Source: an uncultured delta proteobacterium
GTDB taxonomy: Bacteria > Desulfobacterota > Binatia > UBA9968
DNA length: 64,000 bases
Assembly: GCA_963745035.1 (NCBI GenBank)
Contig: CAVUVW010000013.1
Coordinates: forward strand, 544,001 to 608,000
Direction: 5' to 3'
Position numbers and translations under genes: made by a program. Positions 1-10,727 of the stretch are shown piece after piece. Position 1 is the first letter of the stretch, and the number at the start of each line of letters is the position of its first letter. Below the pieces are notes generated by a model. The model was given only the letters and a program-made list of their open reading frames with translations. It made no database searches and was not told the DNA's origin.

Positions 1-482
1 GAAGAAAAATCTACCATGTCCAATAAGGCGCGGGCGGCTCGAACTGTGCCTGGATTGATATTTCGAAGAAAGCGTTCCAATTCCTCTGGTGGAGAATTGG
101 AGAAGTCCAGCTTCGCCTTTGGCTCCCCGCTGCGAATCGATTCAGCGGTTTTTAAAAGAACAGCAAAACTATTTGCAATCGCCCCATGTCTATCCCCGAT
201 ATACGAAGGCTCGCCTTTAACAAGAAACTGATTGGCTTCAGGGGTGTTCGAGAACTGTCCGTCCCGTTCAGTTAAAAGTCCGGCTACAACAAGGGCGTAG
301 AGAAGTGGGCGTAATCGAGTAGAACCTACTCCCATTGCGGCGGCGAGTTGCTCGGCGGTCATCGAACCCGCCTTTAGAGGCGTGAACACATCTAGCTGAA
401 TACCAGCCAGCATCGCGAACGCTGCATCGGCACCGACTCGTAGTTTGTTGAAGGTGTCTGGTTTAGACGTGGCGTTCGTCAT
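1..482 (-). CDS. O-methyltransferase family 2 with N-terminal dimerisation domain (5' part; runs off the window start)
   Basis: Not in the ORF track. Manual translation from ATG at 482 (GGAGG RBS upstream) gives MTNATSKPDTFNKLRVGADAAFAMLAGIQLDVFTPLKAGSMTAEQLAAAMGV...RLRPLLYALVVAGLL...FSNTPEANQFL, a typical winged-helix dimerisation domain; the frame is open to the window edge. Confidence 0.75.
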   Translation of the reverse strand, partial: MTNATSKPDTFNKLRVGADAAFAMLAGIQLDVFTPLKAGSMTAEQLAAAMGVGSTRLRPLLYALVVAGLLTERDGQFSNTPEANQFLVKGEPSYIGDRHGAIANSFAVLLKTAESIRSGEPKAKLDFSNSPPEELERFLRNINPGTVRAARALLDMVDFS

Positions 483-772
483 GGGTTACCTCCGGCAGTC
501 GACGGGCGACTTGACTACAATTCGGTGAAATCTGTCAAGCCTGAGAATAGCGGACAATCGCGGTCCACCGCAGCATTGAGCGCAGGTCGGAATACTCATT
601 GACACTGGAGTAGGGATGGAAATAGGCTCCTGCTCGAAAAGATTGGCGAATGAATCAACGCTCGTGATAGGAACCCACTTTCCCGGTCCAACGGCAGGTC
701 ACGTAATCAGGGATGGCGAAGTTTCGCGATTCGAGACTTCTATTCAAGTGATGAGGCAGGTGGGGAGGCATT

Positions 773-1879
773 ATGCCACTGGTTGAGCAAAACAAAATCA
801 AACGCTCCGGGATCGGACTACGCGCTTTTGATCGAGACCGGGCGTTTCCGGGATTTACGCTGTTCGCGCCGTTGACGGCGAATGGCACGGTTTACCTGAT
901 TGATCTGGATGGTACGGTCGTTCACACGTGGCAGATGCCTTATCCCCCAGGCATGTACGGATACCTCACCGATCGCGGGACACTTTTCTATAACGGAAAA
1001 ACATTCGACGCTTCGACACACCTGATCGATAAGCGTGGGAAAGGCGGTTCGGCACTGGAAGCCGACTGGAACGGTCGCGTTCTTTGGGAATTGCGCCATC
1101 CAGACCATCATCATGACGGATTGCGGTTAAGAAATGGCAACGTCCTTTTGATCTGTGTCGGACCACTGCCACGCGAACTCATCCCTAAAATTCAGGGCGG
1201 ATTGCCGGGTACAGACCATAACGGCCAGATATCTGCGGATTATCTCATCGAAATGACTACCAGCGGACAGTCCGTTTGGGAGTGGCGAAGCTGGGAACAC
1301 CTTGACCCTGAAACGGACCGCATCACAGCAGTCCAAGATCCTCGTGCCGAGTGGACACATGCAAATGGATTTGCTGAGCTACCGGACGGCAACATCGTTC
1401 TAAGTTTTCGCCACATTTCTACTGTGATCATCATCGATCGAAAGACAGGAAAAATCGTTTGGAAGCTTGGAGCACCGCCGTTATCAGGGCAGCATGCTCC
1501 AACGCCACTGCCTAATGGAAATCTCTTGCTCTTCGACAACGGTCCACACCGCTTGGATCATTCCATGTCGTTCTCGCGTGTAATCGAAGTCGAATTAGCG
1601 ACAAAGCAATTAGTTTGGAAGTACCAGGAACAGCGCGAATATGAGTTTTTCAGCCCTCGTATGTCAAACGCACAGCGATTACCGAACGGCAACACTTTGA
1701 TCTGCGAGGCAGATTTCGGTCGTCTTTTCGAAGTGACGGCTCAGAGTGAATTGGTCTGGGAGTATGTCAACCCATATTTCAATGAAGGTCCAAACGGGCT
1801 TAATAATCGCGTGTTCCGTGCGTACCGCTATAGCGCGGAGGATATCGATAGAGCTAGAGCAACGGCAAACGTTCTGTGA
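773..1879 (+). CDS. Arylsulfotransferase (ASST) family beta-propeller protein, no obvious signal peptide
   Basis: GFTLFAP, HHHD, EWTHANG, GQHAP, LFDNG, SNAQRLPNGNTLICE and VWEYVNP motifs; GGAGG RBS. Confidence 0.85.
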   Translation: MPLVEQNKIKRSGIGLRAFDRDRAFPGFTLFAPLTANGTVYLIDLDGTVVHTWQMPYPPGMYGYLTDRGTLFYNGKTFDASTHLIDKRGKGGSALEADWNGRVLWELRHPDHHHDGLRLRNGNVLLICVGPLPRELIPKIQGGLPGTDHNGQISADYLIEMTTSGQSVWEWRSWEHLDPETDRITAVQDPRAEWTHANGFAELPDGNIVLSFRHISTVIIIDRKTGKIVWKLGAPPLSGQHAPTPLPNGNLLLFDNGPHRLDHSMSFSRVIEVELATKQLVWKYQEQREYEFFSPRMSNAQRLPNGNTLICEADFGRLFEVTAQSELVWEYVNPYFNEGPNGLNNRVFRAYRYSAEDIDRARATANVL

Positions 1880-1991
1880 AGTCTGAGCAGCCGATTTCGC
1901 AGATTAGAGCGAGAAGCTTTCACGCGAGCACATAAGTCTCGGCGTTCATGAATCGTTCCACCTAAAAGTTTCTTGCAAGAGGGAGGGATCG

Positions 1992-2978
1992 ATGAGACAA
2001 ATGTTTGCCGTTTTCTCCTTAATGCTCGCGTTTGCATGCCCTCGTACAGTCATCGGCGAGCCAAGCATAAAAGATCTCGCAGTCCGAACAGAATTATACC
2101 CCATAGAAACGCTCACTGTATCAGTCCGCCAGTTTTTGACCGGAGACAAAAATGGTAGGCCCTCAACAATCGCTGGTCAGTTGCGATTTCCCCAAGGCTT
2201 CGTTGGTCAGTTGCCAGCCGTTATTCTTCAGCATGGATCAGCCGGTTCCAATGCCCGCGACGAGTTTTGGGCAAAAACTTTCAACGAAATGGGGATCGCG
2301 TCATTCCTCGTCGATAGTTTTTCTGGGCGGGGGCTGAGCCGTACTTCTACGAACCTCGCGCAGCTCACCCCGTATAATCTAATGCTCGATGCTTATCGTG
2401 CCTTCGATGTACTGGCGACCAAACCGCGCATCGATCCGGCCCGTATCGCGATTATGGGATTCTCCCTGGGCGGCGTTTCCGCACTTTACACGAGTTTAAA
2501 ACGGTTTCAGCAGATGTGGAATCCTCGGGCGGCGTTCGCTGCCCACATTCCATTCTATCCCGCATGCGCCACAACTTTCATCGACGACACCGAGGTACTT
2601 ACCGCGCCTATACGACAATTCCATGGGGCGTCGGATGATTACACTCCGGTGGTTCCGTGCCGCGTGTATTTCGAGCGCCTCCGAGCTGCCGGACGCGATG
2701 CTGTACTAACGGAGTACCTCGAAGCGCATCACAGCTTTGACAATCCCCTCGGCAATAAGACACCAACGATATCGAAGGGTGCGCAAAGCTTTCGCGCATG
2801 CAAGCTTAAAGAAGAGCCGCTTGGCACGATCATCAATGCCGAATCCGGTGAGCGGTTCACATGGAAGGACCCCTGCGTGCAAAGGGATGCTCACACCGGC
2901 TACAATGACGCTGCGGCAAATGCGGCACGTGTAGCGGTAAAGGATTTACTCCGATCGGTATTCAAGTTGGAACTATGA
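1992..2978 (+). CDS. Dienelactone hydrolase family alpha/beta hydrolase, probably exported
   Basis: Signal-peptide-like N-terminus; HGS, GFSLGG nucleophile elbow, HGASDDYT and AHHSFD. Confidence 0.85.
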   Translation: MRQMFAVFSLMLAFACPRTVIGEPSIKDLAVRTELYPIETLTVSVRQFLTGDKNGRPSTIAGQLRFPQGFVGQLPAVILQHGSAGSNARDEFWAKTFNEMGIASFLVDSFSGRGLSRTSTNLAQLTPYNLMLDAYRAFDVLATKPRIDPARIAIMGFSLGGVSALYTSLKRFQQMWNPRAAFAAHIPFYPACATTFIDDTEVLTAPIRQFHGASDDYTPVVPCRVYFERLRAAGRDAVLTEYLEAHHSFDNPLGNKTPTISKGAQSFRACKLKEEPLGTIINAESGERFTWKDPCVQRDAHTGYNDAAANAARVAVKDLLRSVFKLEL

Positions 2979-3050
2979 ATCGTCTTCCCTAGTAATCAGG
3001 ACGAAGTAAACCCGCAGCGACAGTCGGTGCTCTAACGAATGGGGAAAGAA

Positions 3051-3266
3051 ATGGCGCAAAACCAACCGCAGGAATACAAGCACGGTGGACTCGTTTTTGA
3101 GTATTACACGTTAACCGTGGCGGGAACGAATACCTGGGTAGCAGATGGTTATCTTAAATCAGATCCGAATGTAACGATACGGACCCAAGCATTGGACACC
3201 GAGAGAGAAGCCCGCCTTGCATTCATAGATATGGCGACGGAGATTGCTCGCAGCAAGAATCAATAG
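3051..3266 (+). CDS. Small hypothetical protein (alternative start 3039)
   Basis: 71-75 aa ORF with purine-rich RBS and natural globular composition. Confidence 0.5.
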   Translation: MAQNQPQEYKHGGLVFEYYTLTVAGTNTWVADGYLKSDPNVTIRTQALDTEREARLAFIDMATEIARSKNQ

Positions 3267-3344
3267 AAACCAAGTCGTTCATTCTTTCACGCCTGACCGA
3301 GCTGAGATCGAGGGCTTGTTAGCAAAATCCTGAGATAAATACCT

Positions 3345-3527
3345 GAGGGAGGCGACCCACACATAGTGATGGGCCATAAAGACTCGGTGATCACCCGGCA
3401 GACTTATGCGAAATTTCTAAAGAACGAATCTACCTACAATCCAGACGTGATCTTCGAGAAGTCGCCTGTTCTAGTGCCGAACGTTCCGCTCGTCGAGCTG
3501 GAGCCGGTGTCGGAGCTGTTGAACTGA
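3345..3527 (+). pseudogene. C-terminal remnant of a tyrosine recombinase/integrase
   Basis: Frame reads EGGDPHIVMGHKDSVITRQTYAKF...LLN*, matching the box II G-D--V--(L/M)GH----T---Y catalytic end; an in-frame stop lies just upstream. Confidence 0.6.
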
Positions 3528-3681
3528 CCTGGAGTTAAGCTGGTAAGTAAAGTTTGCGCGATTTTAAGTATGCAATGGAAAGGAGACCAAAGAAGAACTG
3601 AGAAATTAAGCGGTTAGGTGCTGGACCGGATTACAGCTACATGATTCCTCCTCATCGTTCGCATGATGCGATACTGCGCTT

Positions 3682-4779
3682 TTATATTTTCATCCCAAAT
3701 AGGCGGGCAGCGTTGCCGCCGAGAATTTTTTCCTTGTCCCCTTCGGAAATCCCTTTCATCGCTTTGATCGGCGCGACGGTGTTGGGCCACGTCGAAATCG
3801 CGTCGCCGTGATCGAAGTCGCTGCCGATGATGATGTTGTGCTTCGGCCACATCTCGACGATGTGCGGCAGGTAATCTTCCCAGGCGATCGCCGCGACATA
3901 GATTTGATCGAAGTAAGCGCTGGGCTCTTTCTTCAACCGGTCGCGCTTGCGGAAAAAGTCGTTGACCGAAGTCGTCCCCGGCGATTCGCCGAGGGTGTGG
4001 TGATTGAGCGTGCGCATGAGCCACGGCACCCAGCCGACGCCGCCTTCGAACACGGCGATGCGCAAGGTTGGAAAGCGGTCGAAGACTCCGCTCATGATCA
4101 GGCGCGCAGCGCTGACCATGTAGGTCAGCGGAAAGCCCAGAGCAGTGGCGAGCATCTTGAAGCCGTCGTAGCGCTCGCTGCCGACCAGCCACGGGTGGCA
4201 ATCCTGCGCTTCGAACACGCGCGTGCCCGGGTGGACGAGAATCGGAACGTCGAGCTTGCAGACCTCTTCGTAGAACGGCCAGAGCACTTCGGCGTCGAGA
4301 TCGCAGTTCTCGTGCCCGCCCATGAGCTTCACGCCCTTGAACCCGAGCTCCGTGACCGCCCTTCTCAATTCGCCGATCGCTTCGCCGACGTCGGGAAGAT
4401 AAACCCAGGCGATGCCGATGAAGCGCTCTCTGCCGGCGATGTCCTCCGCCACGGTGTCGTTGTACGCGCGGGCCATCTCGACGCCGAGATCGTGATCGAC
4501 TTCATAGATCAGAGGCCGGTTGTCGGCGATGACGACCTGGTAGTCGAAACCTTCCCGCTCCATGACTTCGTGGTGCATGTCTAGGTTCCAGCGGGTCTCG
4601 CTGAACGAGTGAATTTTCTTGCCGTCGCGATAATAGGTCGCGGCGTCGCCGGGAAAAGTCTCGCCGTAGCGAACCATCGCGCCGGCGCCCTTTTGAAATT
4701 CGAGATGGCCGCGGCCGGAATGCTTTACGCGATCGAGGAAGCGCACGGGCCAGTAATGGGTGTCGCCGTCGATGTACAT
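3682..4779 (-). CDS. Amidohydrolase-2 family protein
   Basis: IDGDTH, ARAYND, LVHPG, FEGGVGW and GSDFDHGD motifs. Confidence 0.9.
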   Translation of the reverse strand: MYIDGDTHYWPVRFLDRVKHSGRGHLEFQKGAGAMVRYGETFPGDAATYYRDGKKIHSFSETRWNLDMHHEVMEREGFDYQVVIADNRPLIYEVDHDLGVEMARAYNDTVAEDIAGRERFIGIAWVYLPDVGEAIGELRRAVTELGFKGVKLMGGHENCDLDAEVLWPFYEEVCKLDVPILVHPGTRVFEAQDCHPWLVGSERYDGFKMLATALGFPLTYMVSAARLIMSGVFDRFPTLRIAVFEGGVGWVPWLMRTLNHHTLGESPGTTSVNDFFRKRDRLKKEPSAYFDQIYVAAIAWEDYLPHIVEMWPKHNIIIGSDFDHGDAISTWPNTVAPIKAMKGISEGDKEKILGGNAARLFGMKI

Positions 4780-4896
4780 GGGAGACCTCGCGGTAACAAA
4801 AGATGATGCGCGATCTTATGCCGCGACCCGCGCGAGGTCAACGAGGTTTGACGCCGCCGAATCGAACCGCTACAGTGCGGGCACTTCCTCCGATCG

Positions 4897-6177
4897 TTGC
4901 AAGGACTCCGTTCACGAGTGTCAGCGCCGTCAGACAATCAACCCGCCGAGCCGCACGGCGCGCCGGTCATCCGCCCCTGGTCCTCACTGCTGATTCGCGA
5001 TTACCGCCTCATCTTCATCACGATTCTCTGCGGCAACACGGCCAACCACATGCGCAACGTGGCGAGCCTGTATCAGGTCTACCAGCTATCCGGCTCCTCG
5101 ATTCAGCTCGGCTTCACCGGCTTTTTCCAAGCGATGCCGTTCATTTTTTTCGGTCTTTTCGGCGGTGTTCTGGCAGACACGCTGAATCGCAAGAAACTCA
5201 TTTACATTACCCACTCGCTCAATATGTTGCCCGGCTTGGCTTTGGGCATCCTGACCGTCACCGGCGCGATACAAGTCTGGCACATCAACGTGTTGAGCGT
5301 ATTGGCCGGAGCTCTTCAGGTCCTCGGCGGCCCGGCGCGCCAAGCCATCATCCCAAGCCTCGTGCCGTCGTCGCATCTCCTCAACGCGGTCACCATGACG
5401 AGCCTCATGATGCAGGGCACGCAGCTCACGGCACCGGTCATCGCGGGATTTCTCATCGACTTTTACGGCGTCGAAGTTTCCTATTTCACCGACGCCGCAT
5501 TGCTCGCGCCCTCCGTTGCCGCCGTCTTACTCATCCGCGCCTCCGGACAGCCCCAGGGCCAGCGACGCACGATCGGCTGGCGCAGCCTGATCGAAGGCTT
5601 CGAATTTCTCTGGCATACACGCATCATTCTCTCGCTGTTCATCCTGGATTTCTTCGCGGTGCTGTTCGGCTTCTACCGGCCGATATTGCCCATCTTCGCC
5701 GACACCATCTACGGCGTCGGGGCCCGCGGCCTGGGCATGCTCTATGCGGCGCCGGCCATCGGCGCCATGATCGGCTCGGCGCTGGTTCTGGCAGCCGGGC
5801 ACATAGAACGCCAGGGCGCTCTTTCGGTTCTTGCCACCCTGGCGTTCGCCCTTAGCTTGGGATTTCTCGGCCTGGCTCCATGGTTTTGGATGGGACTCAT
5901 CGCCCTCGCCTGTCTCGGCATCAGCGACGCGACCAGCGTCGCGATTCGCCGCACCGCCGTGCAAGTCCTGGCACCGGACAACATGCGCGGGCGAGCGACC
6001 AGTTTTCTGACTGTGTTTGCGCAAACTACGAATGGTCTCGGCGCGGTTATCGCCGGGGCAGGCGCCGCGCTCCTCGGCGCGCCCAACGCCGCGTTGGTCG
6101 GCTGCCTTCTCTGCACCGTCACGATCATCGCAACCTGCTGGGCGATTCCCCAGCTCTGGCACTACCGGTCGGATTGA
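4897..6177 (+). CDS. MFS transporter (EntS/DHA3-like)
   Basis: About 12 hydrophobic segments; GGVLADTLNRK motif A; PDNMRGRA in the second half. Confidence 0.9.
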   Translation: MQGLRSRVSAPSDNQPAEPHGAPVIRPWSSLLIRDYRLIFITILCGNTANHMRNVASLYQVYQLSGSSIQLGFTGFFQAMPFIFFGLFGGVLADTLNRKKLIYITHSLNMLPGLALGILTVTGAIQVWHINVLSVLAGALQVLGGPARQAIIPSLVPSSHLLNAVTMTSLMMQGTQLTAPVIAGFLIDFYGVEVSYFTDAALLAPSVAAVLLIRASGQPQGQRRTIGWRSLIEGFEFLWHTRIILSLFILDFFAVLFGFYRPILPIFADTIYGVGARGLGMLYAAPAIGAMIGSALVLAAGHIERQGALSVLATLAFALSLGFLGLAPWFWMGLIALACLGISDATSVAIRRTAVQVLAPDNMRGRATSFLTVFAQTTNGLGAVIAGAGAALLGAPNAALVGCLLCTVTIIATCWAIPQLWHYRSD

Positions 6178-6269
6178 ATAGTTCCGCGCTTAAACGTGCA
6201 GTTTACGTGTCTTTCTCAACCGAAACTCCAAATCCAACCAGTATGAGTTTCTTCCCAACAAGCCGCGCC

Positions 6270-7271
6270 TTAGCGTGCGAGCCCCAGGCGATCAAACGTT
6301 CCGTCCTTCTCCATCTCCTCGAGAAAGCGTCGGTCAATCAACTGCTCGGCTTTAATTTGCTTGGCGCGCGGATCGGTCTTGGCGATTTCGTCGAGGGTTG
6401 TCTGAATGGCGAGGGCTTTGATGTCGAGGCGCGGTTCCAGAACTTTGAGCTCGGCGGTGTATGCCGTCTCGAAGATTTTGCGGTCGGTGAGGCCGATTTT
6501 TTTCGCCATCAAACGAAACGCCAGATCGCGATCGGTTCTCATGATTTTGTAGGACTCGGCCATCATGCGCATAAATTGACTGATGACCTTCGGACGCTTG
6601 GCGATCACCGAGCGCAAAGTAACGAACCCTGTCGCGACGTATGGAGGCTTGATCTCGCGTCCGTCAATGACGTAGTTGAATCCCTGAAACGCCGCGCGTG
6701 TGTCCTGTGGCGTGGTGATCGAGGCGGCGTCGACCGCCCCCGTCGCGAGTGCCAGATAGGTCTCGGGGGCGCCTCCAGTTTGAATCAGATTTGCGTCCTT
6801 GAGCGGATCGAGACCTTTCAGGCGCATCGCCAATTGCGTGAAGTAGTGCGAGTTCCCGCCGATGCGGCCGACGCCGATGCGCTTGCCTTTGAGGTCCTCG
6901 GGACGCTTGATCTCGCCCTTGGCCATGATGCTGTGGGTAAGGACGTTTTTCACCGAGCCGATGAAAACGAAATCCGTGTTGCCGCTCAAATAGGCGCGGA
7001 TCGGTCCCTCGCCGCCCGCCAAAGCTACCGAACCATTGCCGCCGCTCATCGCCGCGGTGACGATACCGGACGAGGCGATGTAGACTAGCTGAAAATCCAG
7101 ATCGTATTTCGAATACAGGCGGGCTTCTTCGGCAAACCAAGGCACGGCCATGGCGATGCTCGGCGCCGATTGAAGACCGACGAGCTTTTCCGCGGCGATT
7201 GCAGCGCGGCCGATGAATAGCGCAAAGAGCAGGCTGAAACAGAAGCGCAAACAGGTAGAAACTGCCGGCAT
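6270..7271 (-). CDS. ABC solute-binding protein, SsuA/NMT1-like
   Basis: Signal peptide; EDLKGKRIGVGRIGG motif; start placed at ATG 7271 after GGAGG. Confidence 0.9.
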   Translation of the reverse strand: MPAVSTCLRFCFSLLFALFIGRAAIAAEKLVGLQSAPSIAMAVPWFAEEARLYSKYDLDFQLVYIASSGIVTAAMSGGNGSVALAGGEGPIRAYLSGNTDFVFIGSVKNVLTHSIMAKGEIKRPEDLKGKRIGVGRIGGNSHYFTQLAMRLKGLDPLKDANLIQTGGAPETYLALATGAVDAASITTPQDTRAAFQGFNYVIDGREIKPPYVATGFVTLRSVIAKRPKVISQFMRMMAESYKIMRTDRDLAFRLMAKKIGLTDRKIFETAYTAELKVLEPRLDIKALAIQTTLDEIAKTDPRAKQIKAEQLIDRRFLEEMEKDGTFDRLGLAR

Positions 7272-7407
7272 AGAACCTCCAACCGCGTCCGCCAGCCCTA
7301 CCAAGATTCATCGAGGCAAGTCAACTTTTGACATTTCGTCCCGGTCCGCGGCTTCGCGCCGGCCTCGAACAGAGAAGTTACTCGCTCGACGACCGGGTCC
7401 AAGCGGC

Positions 7408-8562
7408 TTAACCCGGCCGCCCGTCGATTCTCGGTTGCGCGAGAATGGGAGCATAAACGCCGACAAAAATCACAAATGCCGCGACCCACAGGAAGCCGCT
7501 TGCCACAATGAGCTGGGGAAACCATTGCGGGTGCAAAATCGGCAGCAGACCGCGCGCTACTGCTGCAAGGTTAACCATGCCGAATGCGATGGCCATGGCG
7601 GACCCGATCGTTAGGGCTCTGGCCGTATGGCCCAAAGAGACCCGCGCCATCATGCCGATGGTCAGTACGCCGATACCGCCCACTGTAAATGCATGGATGG
7701 TAAATTGCGGCGGAACAAAGCCGGCCGGCATCCCGGCTTTCAAGGCAAAGCCAATGACAATCCAGGCATAGCCGAGATGCAGCACCCAAAGCAGCGGAAC
7801 GCGCCAATAGCGATGCGTATACCAACCCGCGAGGCGAACGCCGTTGGCGCAAGCGGCAAGGGCAGCAAAGCTTGCAGACCAGGCTGAATCCGGGAAAAAA
7901 AACTCCGCTAGCAAAAATATCAAAACGCTGAGCGGCGAAAGCCACTCGATGATCGGCCAGCGCTTCATCGTCACACCGGTTAGAGCACGTTCCGTGAAAA
8001 ACGGGATCACTCTCCCGCCCATGATCACGATCAATAGAACAATGAGATCGAGCCCGAGAAAGATGCCTTTACGCGCGAGATTCGTCGCCAGTCCCAAGAG
8101 CTCGGCATGAACCAAGCAATTCGCCGCCCACAAGCAGGCTAAAAGAGGCAAAAACATCAAGTTGCGATTTGCGCCGGCGCGCACCAGCGGCACACCGATA
8201 CCGACAGACAGGGCCGGCAAGAACGCAAGGTCGATGAAAGCAACGAACCAGGTCGGAACAATGTCGGAAAAAAATGGCAAGATTCTGCCGAGAAGCCATA
8301 ATACGGCCAAGGCGGCTAAATAGCCGCCGGTAGGTGTCGCCCTCTCCGTCCAATTGCGCACCGCGGTCAGAAGAAATCCGGCGACCACCGCGAGCGTGTA
8401 GCCGAAAACCATCTCATGGCTATGCCAGCCGATCTGCCCGTAGTAGGTGTTGAAAACAAACCCACCGACAAAAGCCGGCACCCATAGCGTCACCAAGGCC
8501 ACGGCGAAAAGTCCCGCCAAGAGAAAAAACGGCCGAAAACCGAGCGCAAACAAGACCGGCAT
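7408..8562 (-). CDS. nnrS: NnrS family membrane protein
   Basis: LGFRPFFL, WHSHEMVFG, GFLLTAVRNWT, GGRVIPFFT and RVSLGHT signatures. Confidence 0.92.
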   Translation of the reverse strand: MPVLFALGFRPFFLLAGLFAVALVTLWVPAFVGGFVFNTYYGQIGWHSHEMVFGYTLAVVAGFLLTAVRNWTERATPTGGYLAALAVLWLLGRILPFFSDIVPTWFVAFIDLAFLPALSVGIGVPLVRAGANRNLMFLPLLACLWAANCLVHAELLGLATNLARKGIFLGLDLIVLLIVIMGGRVIPFFTERALTGVTMKRWPIIEWLSPLSVLIFLLAEFFFPDSAWSASFAALAACANGVRLAGWYTHRYWRVPLLWVLHLGYAWIVIGFALKAGMPAGFVPPQFTIHAFTVGGIGVLTIGMMARVSLGHTARALTIGSAMAIAFGMVNLAAVARGLLPILHPQWFPQLIVASGFLWVAAFVIFVGVYAPILAQPRIDGRPG

Positions 8563-8621
8563 TTTTTTTAGTCTGGGTTACGCGAGCTCAAATTTGTCGA
8601 CAAAGCGGGAGCCCGCGCGTG

Positions 8622-9608
8622 TCAACGTTTCTGCAACTGTTTGATGAAGCCCGACGCCTCCATCTCTTGAACGAAACTTGCATCGACGAAACTCTTCGGA
8701 TCTGCCGCGGCGGCTTTGGGAGTGCGCGGCGCCATGTCATCGAGCAGGGTCTTGATACCGATCGGATCCGGATACGGCGCATCCAACAGAACCCCCATAT
8801 GATTTCTATAAGTGCGCTCCAGACCTTCGGCATCGCTGAATCGCGTGTACTTCCCGATGATCGCCTTGGTCGCTTCCTTGTCGTGCTTGATAAAGTGAAT
8901 CGCTTCAGTGATGCCGCGGACGAATCGCGCGACCATCGGCCTCTTGCTCTTGATGATCGCCTCCCGGGTGACCACGCCGTTGCCATGGAGCGGGATCTTC
9001 AGATTGGCCATGCTGACCAGATTGCGCAGGCCGAGTCTCTCCGCCTCTCTCACGAAGGGCTCGCTCATGATCGTGAACTGCGAGATTCCCCTGGAAATGG
9101 ACGCGAGCCGTTCGGGATTGCCGCCCGCGGGCACGATCTTCACGTCCTTTTCCGGATCGATGCCCAGACGGCGCAGCGACAGCCGCAACCCCATTTCCGA
9201 AATGCTGCCGAAACGGTTGACCGAACCGATCTTGCCGCGCAGCTGCTCGGTGGTCGTGATGTTCGCCGCGCTGACGATGTGATCGATGAAGGTCGGGATG
9301 ATCGACAGGATCATCACCGTATCGGCGCCGCCGAGGCGCGGATTGACCACATTGGGCGCGGAAGTGACGACGATATCGAGGTCCCCAGCCACCAGGGCTT
9401 GCATCGCCGGCGGCCCGGCGCCGAAAAATATCGATTCGACGGCGAGCCCCTGCTTGGCCAGGAAACCTTTGTCTTGCGCCACCCAGAGCGGCGTATGCGA
9501 CGACGTCATCGCCGCCCAGCCCACCCGCACCCGTTCTTGGGCGAGAACGGTCGACGCCCCGCATGAAAGCCATACGATGGTTAGCGCGGCCACAAGAACC
9601 TTGAACAT
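8622..9608 (-). CDS. ABC solute-binding protein, SsuA/NMT1-like
   Basis: Signal peptide; LRGKIGSVNRFGS; C-terminal ADPKSFVDASF; AGGAGG RBS. Confidence 0.9.
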   Translation of the reverse strand: MFKVLVAALTIVWLSCGASTVLAQERVRVGWAAMTSSHTPLWVAQDKGFLAKQGLAVESIFFGAGPPAMQALVAGDLDIVVTSAPNVVNPRLGGADTVMILSIIPTFIDHIVSAANITTTEQLRGKIGSVNRFGSISEMGLRLSLRRLGIDPEKDVKIVPAGGNPERLASISRGISQFTIMSEPFVREAERLGLRNLVSMANLKIPLHGNGVVTREAIIKSKRPMVARFVRGITEAIHFIKHDKEATKAIIGKYTRFSDAEGLERTYRNHMGVLLDAPYPDPIGIKTLLDDMAPRTPKAAAADPKSFVDASFVQEMEASGFIKQLQKR

Positions 9609-9642
9609 TGATCCTCCTACACCGACTTAATGCGACGAGCGT

Positions 9643-10681
9643 TTATCTTGTCGTCCCTAGTTTTTGAAAAAACCCCGCCTTCTCCAGCGCCAGAACGAAA
9701 GAGTTGTCGTAGAAATCGTTCGGATTGGCTTTCGCCGCCTGGGGATAATCCTTCTCGTCCAGGTAGCTGAACCAGACCTGCAGCTGTTCCCGGCGAACGG
9801 TCAGATTCGTGACCAAATAGGGCGCGTAAAACTCATAGGTGTCGTCGAGAACCTTGCCGTCGTCTGTCTTCGTAAATCTGCCGACGGCGCGCTTGGCCGA
9901 TCGCCGGATCGCTTATTGTCCGCGCTACGCCTTCGGCGACGCCTTTCAGGAAGGCCGACACGGTGTTGGGGTTGCTGCTGATGAATTTTTCGGTGAACCC
10001 ATACGCCAGCGGCAAACCCGGAACATTCAGCTTGGCGATATCGACGAGCATGTTCAGCCCGGCATCCTTCGCTTTCAAGGTCGTCGGCGCCGACATCGCG
10101 CCGGCTGACGCTTTGCCGCTGGAAATCGCCGCCAAGATCGCCGGCACGCTTTGCATGTAGAGCAGTTTGTAATCCGTGTCGAAATTCAGCCCATGCCTCT
10201 TGAGCGCTTCTCGGGTGGCGATTTCCAACACGGAACGGGGCGTCGTGCCGGCAAGCATCTTGCCCTTGAGCTGCTGCACGCCGGTGATCTCCTTGGCTGA
10301 CCACAATTGAAACACCAGCTGCGACATCGAGCTGCCGACGAGCTTGATGCGAGCTCCCTGGAGGCTCGCATTCACCAGATCGCCGGCCGCAACCGAGACA
10401 TCCGCAGAGCCCGATACAACCGATTGCACGGACAGCTGCGGATTGAGTTGCTGAAGCTTGACATCGAGGCCGTACTTTTTGAAAAAGCCTGCTTCGTCGG
10501 CGACGAAGACGGGCGTAAACACACCGCTCGCCTGCGGATAAGCGAGCACGAGCTCGACTTTCTCGGGCTTGCCGCCGATATCCGCGGCCGCTCCAACATC
10601 AGCCGCGCCCGAGAGCGCAAGTACAGTGAGCGCCACAACGCGGAGCCCGGCTCGTTGAGCTCGTCTTGCACGTCTATCCAT
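9643..10681 (-). CDS. ABC solute-binding protein, SsuA/NMT1-like, with a +1 frameshift near 9896
   Basis: Removing one G restores DPAIAKRAVGRFTKTDD...ANPNDFYDNSFVLALEKAGFFQKLGTTR*, the C-terminus shared with paralogs. Confidence 0.8.
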
Positions 10682-10727
10682 CCAACACTCCATTTCGTTC
10701 TGCATCACTCCGTCACTCCAGCACTCT

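Noticed and set aside
3617-3645. Possible tRNA 3' fragment (att site) next to the integrase remnant
   Set aside because: The reverse complement (gctgtaatccggtccagcacc) lacks a proper TTCGA T-loop and CCA end; not supportable
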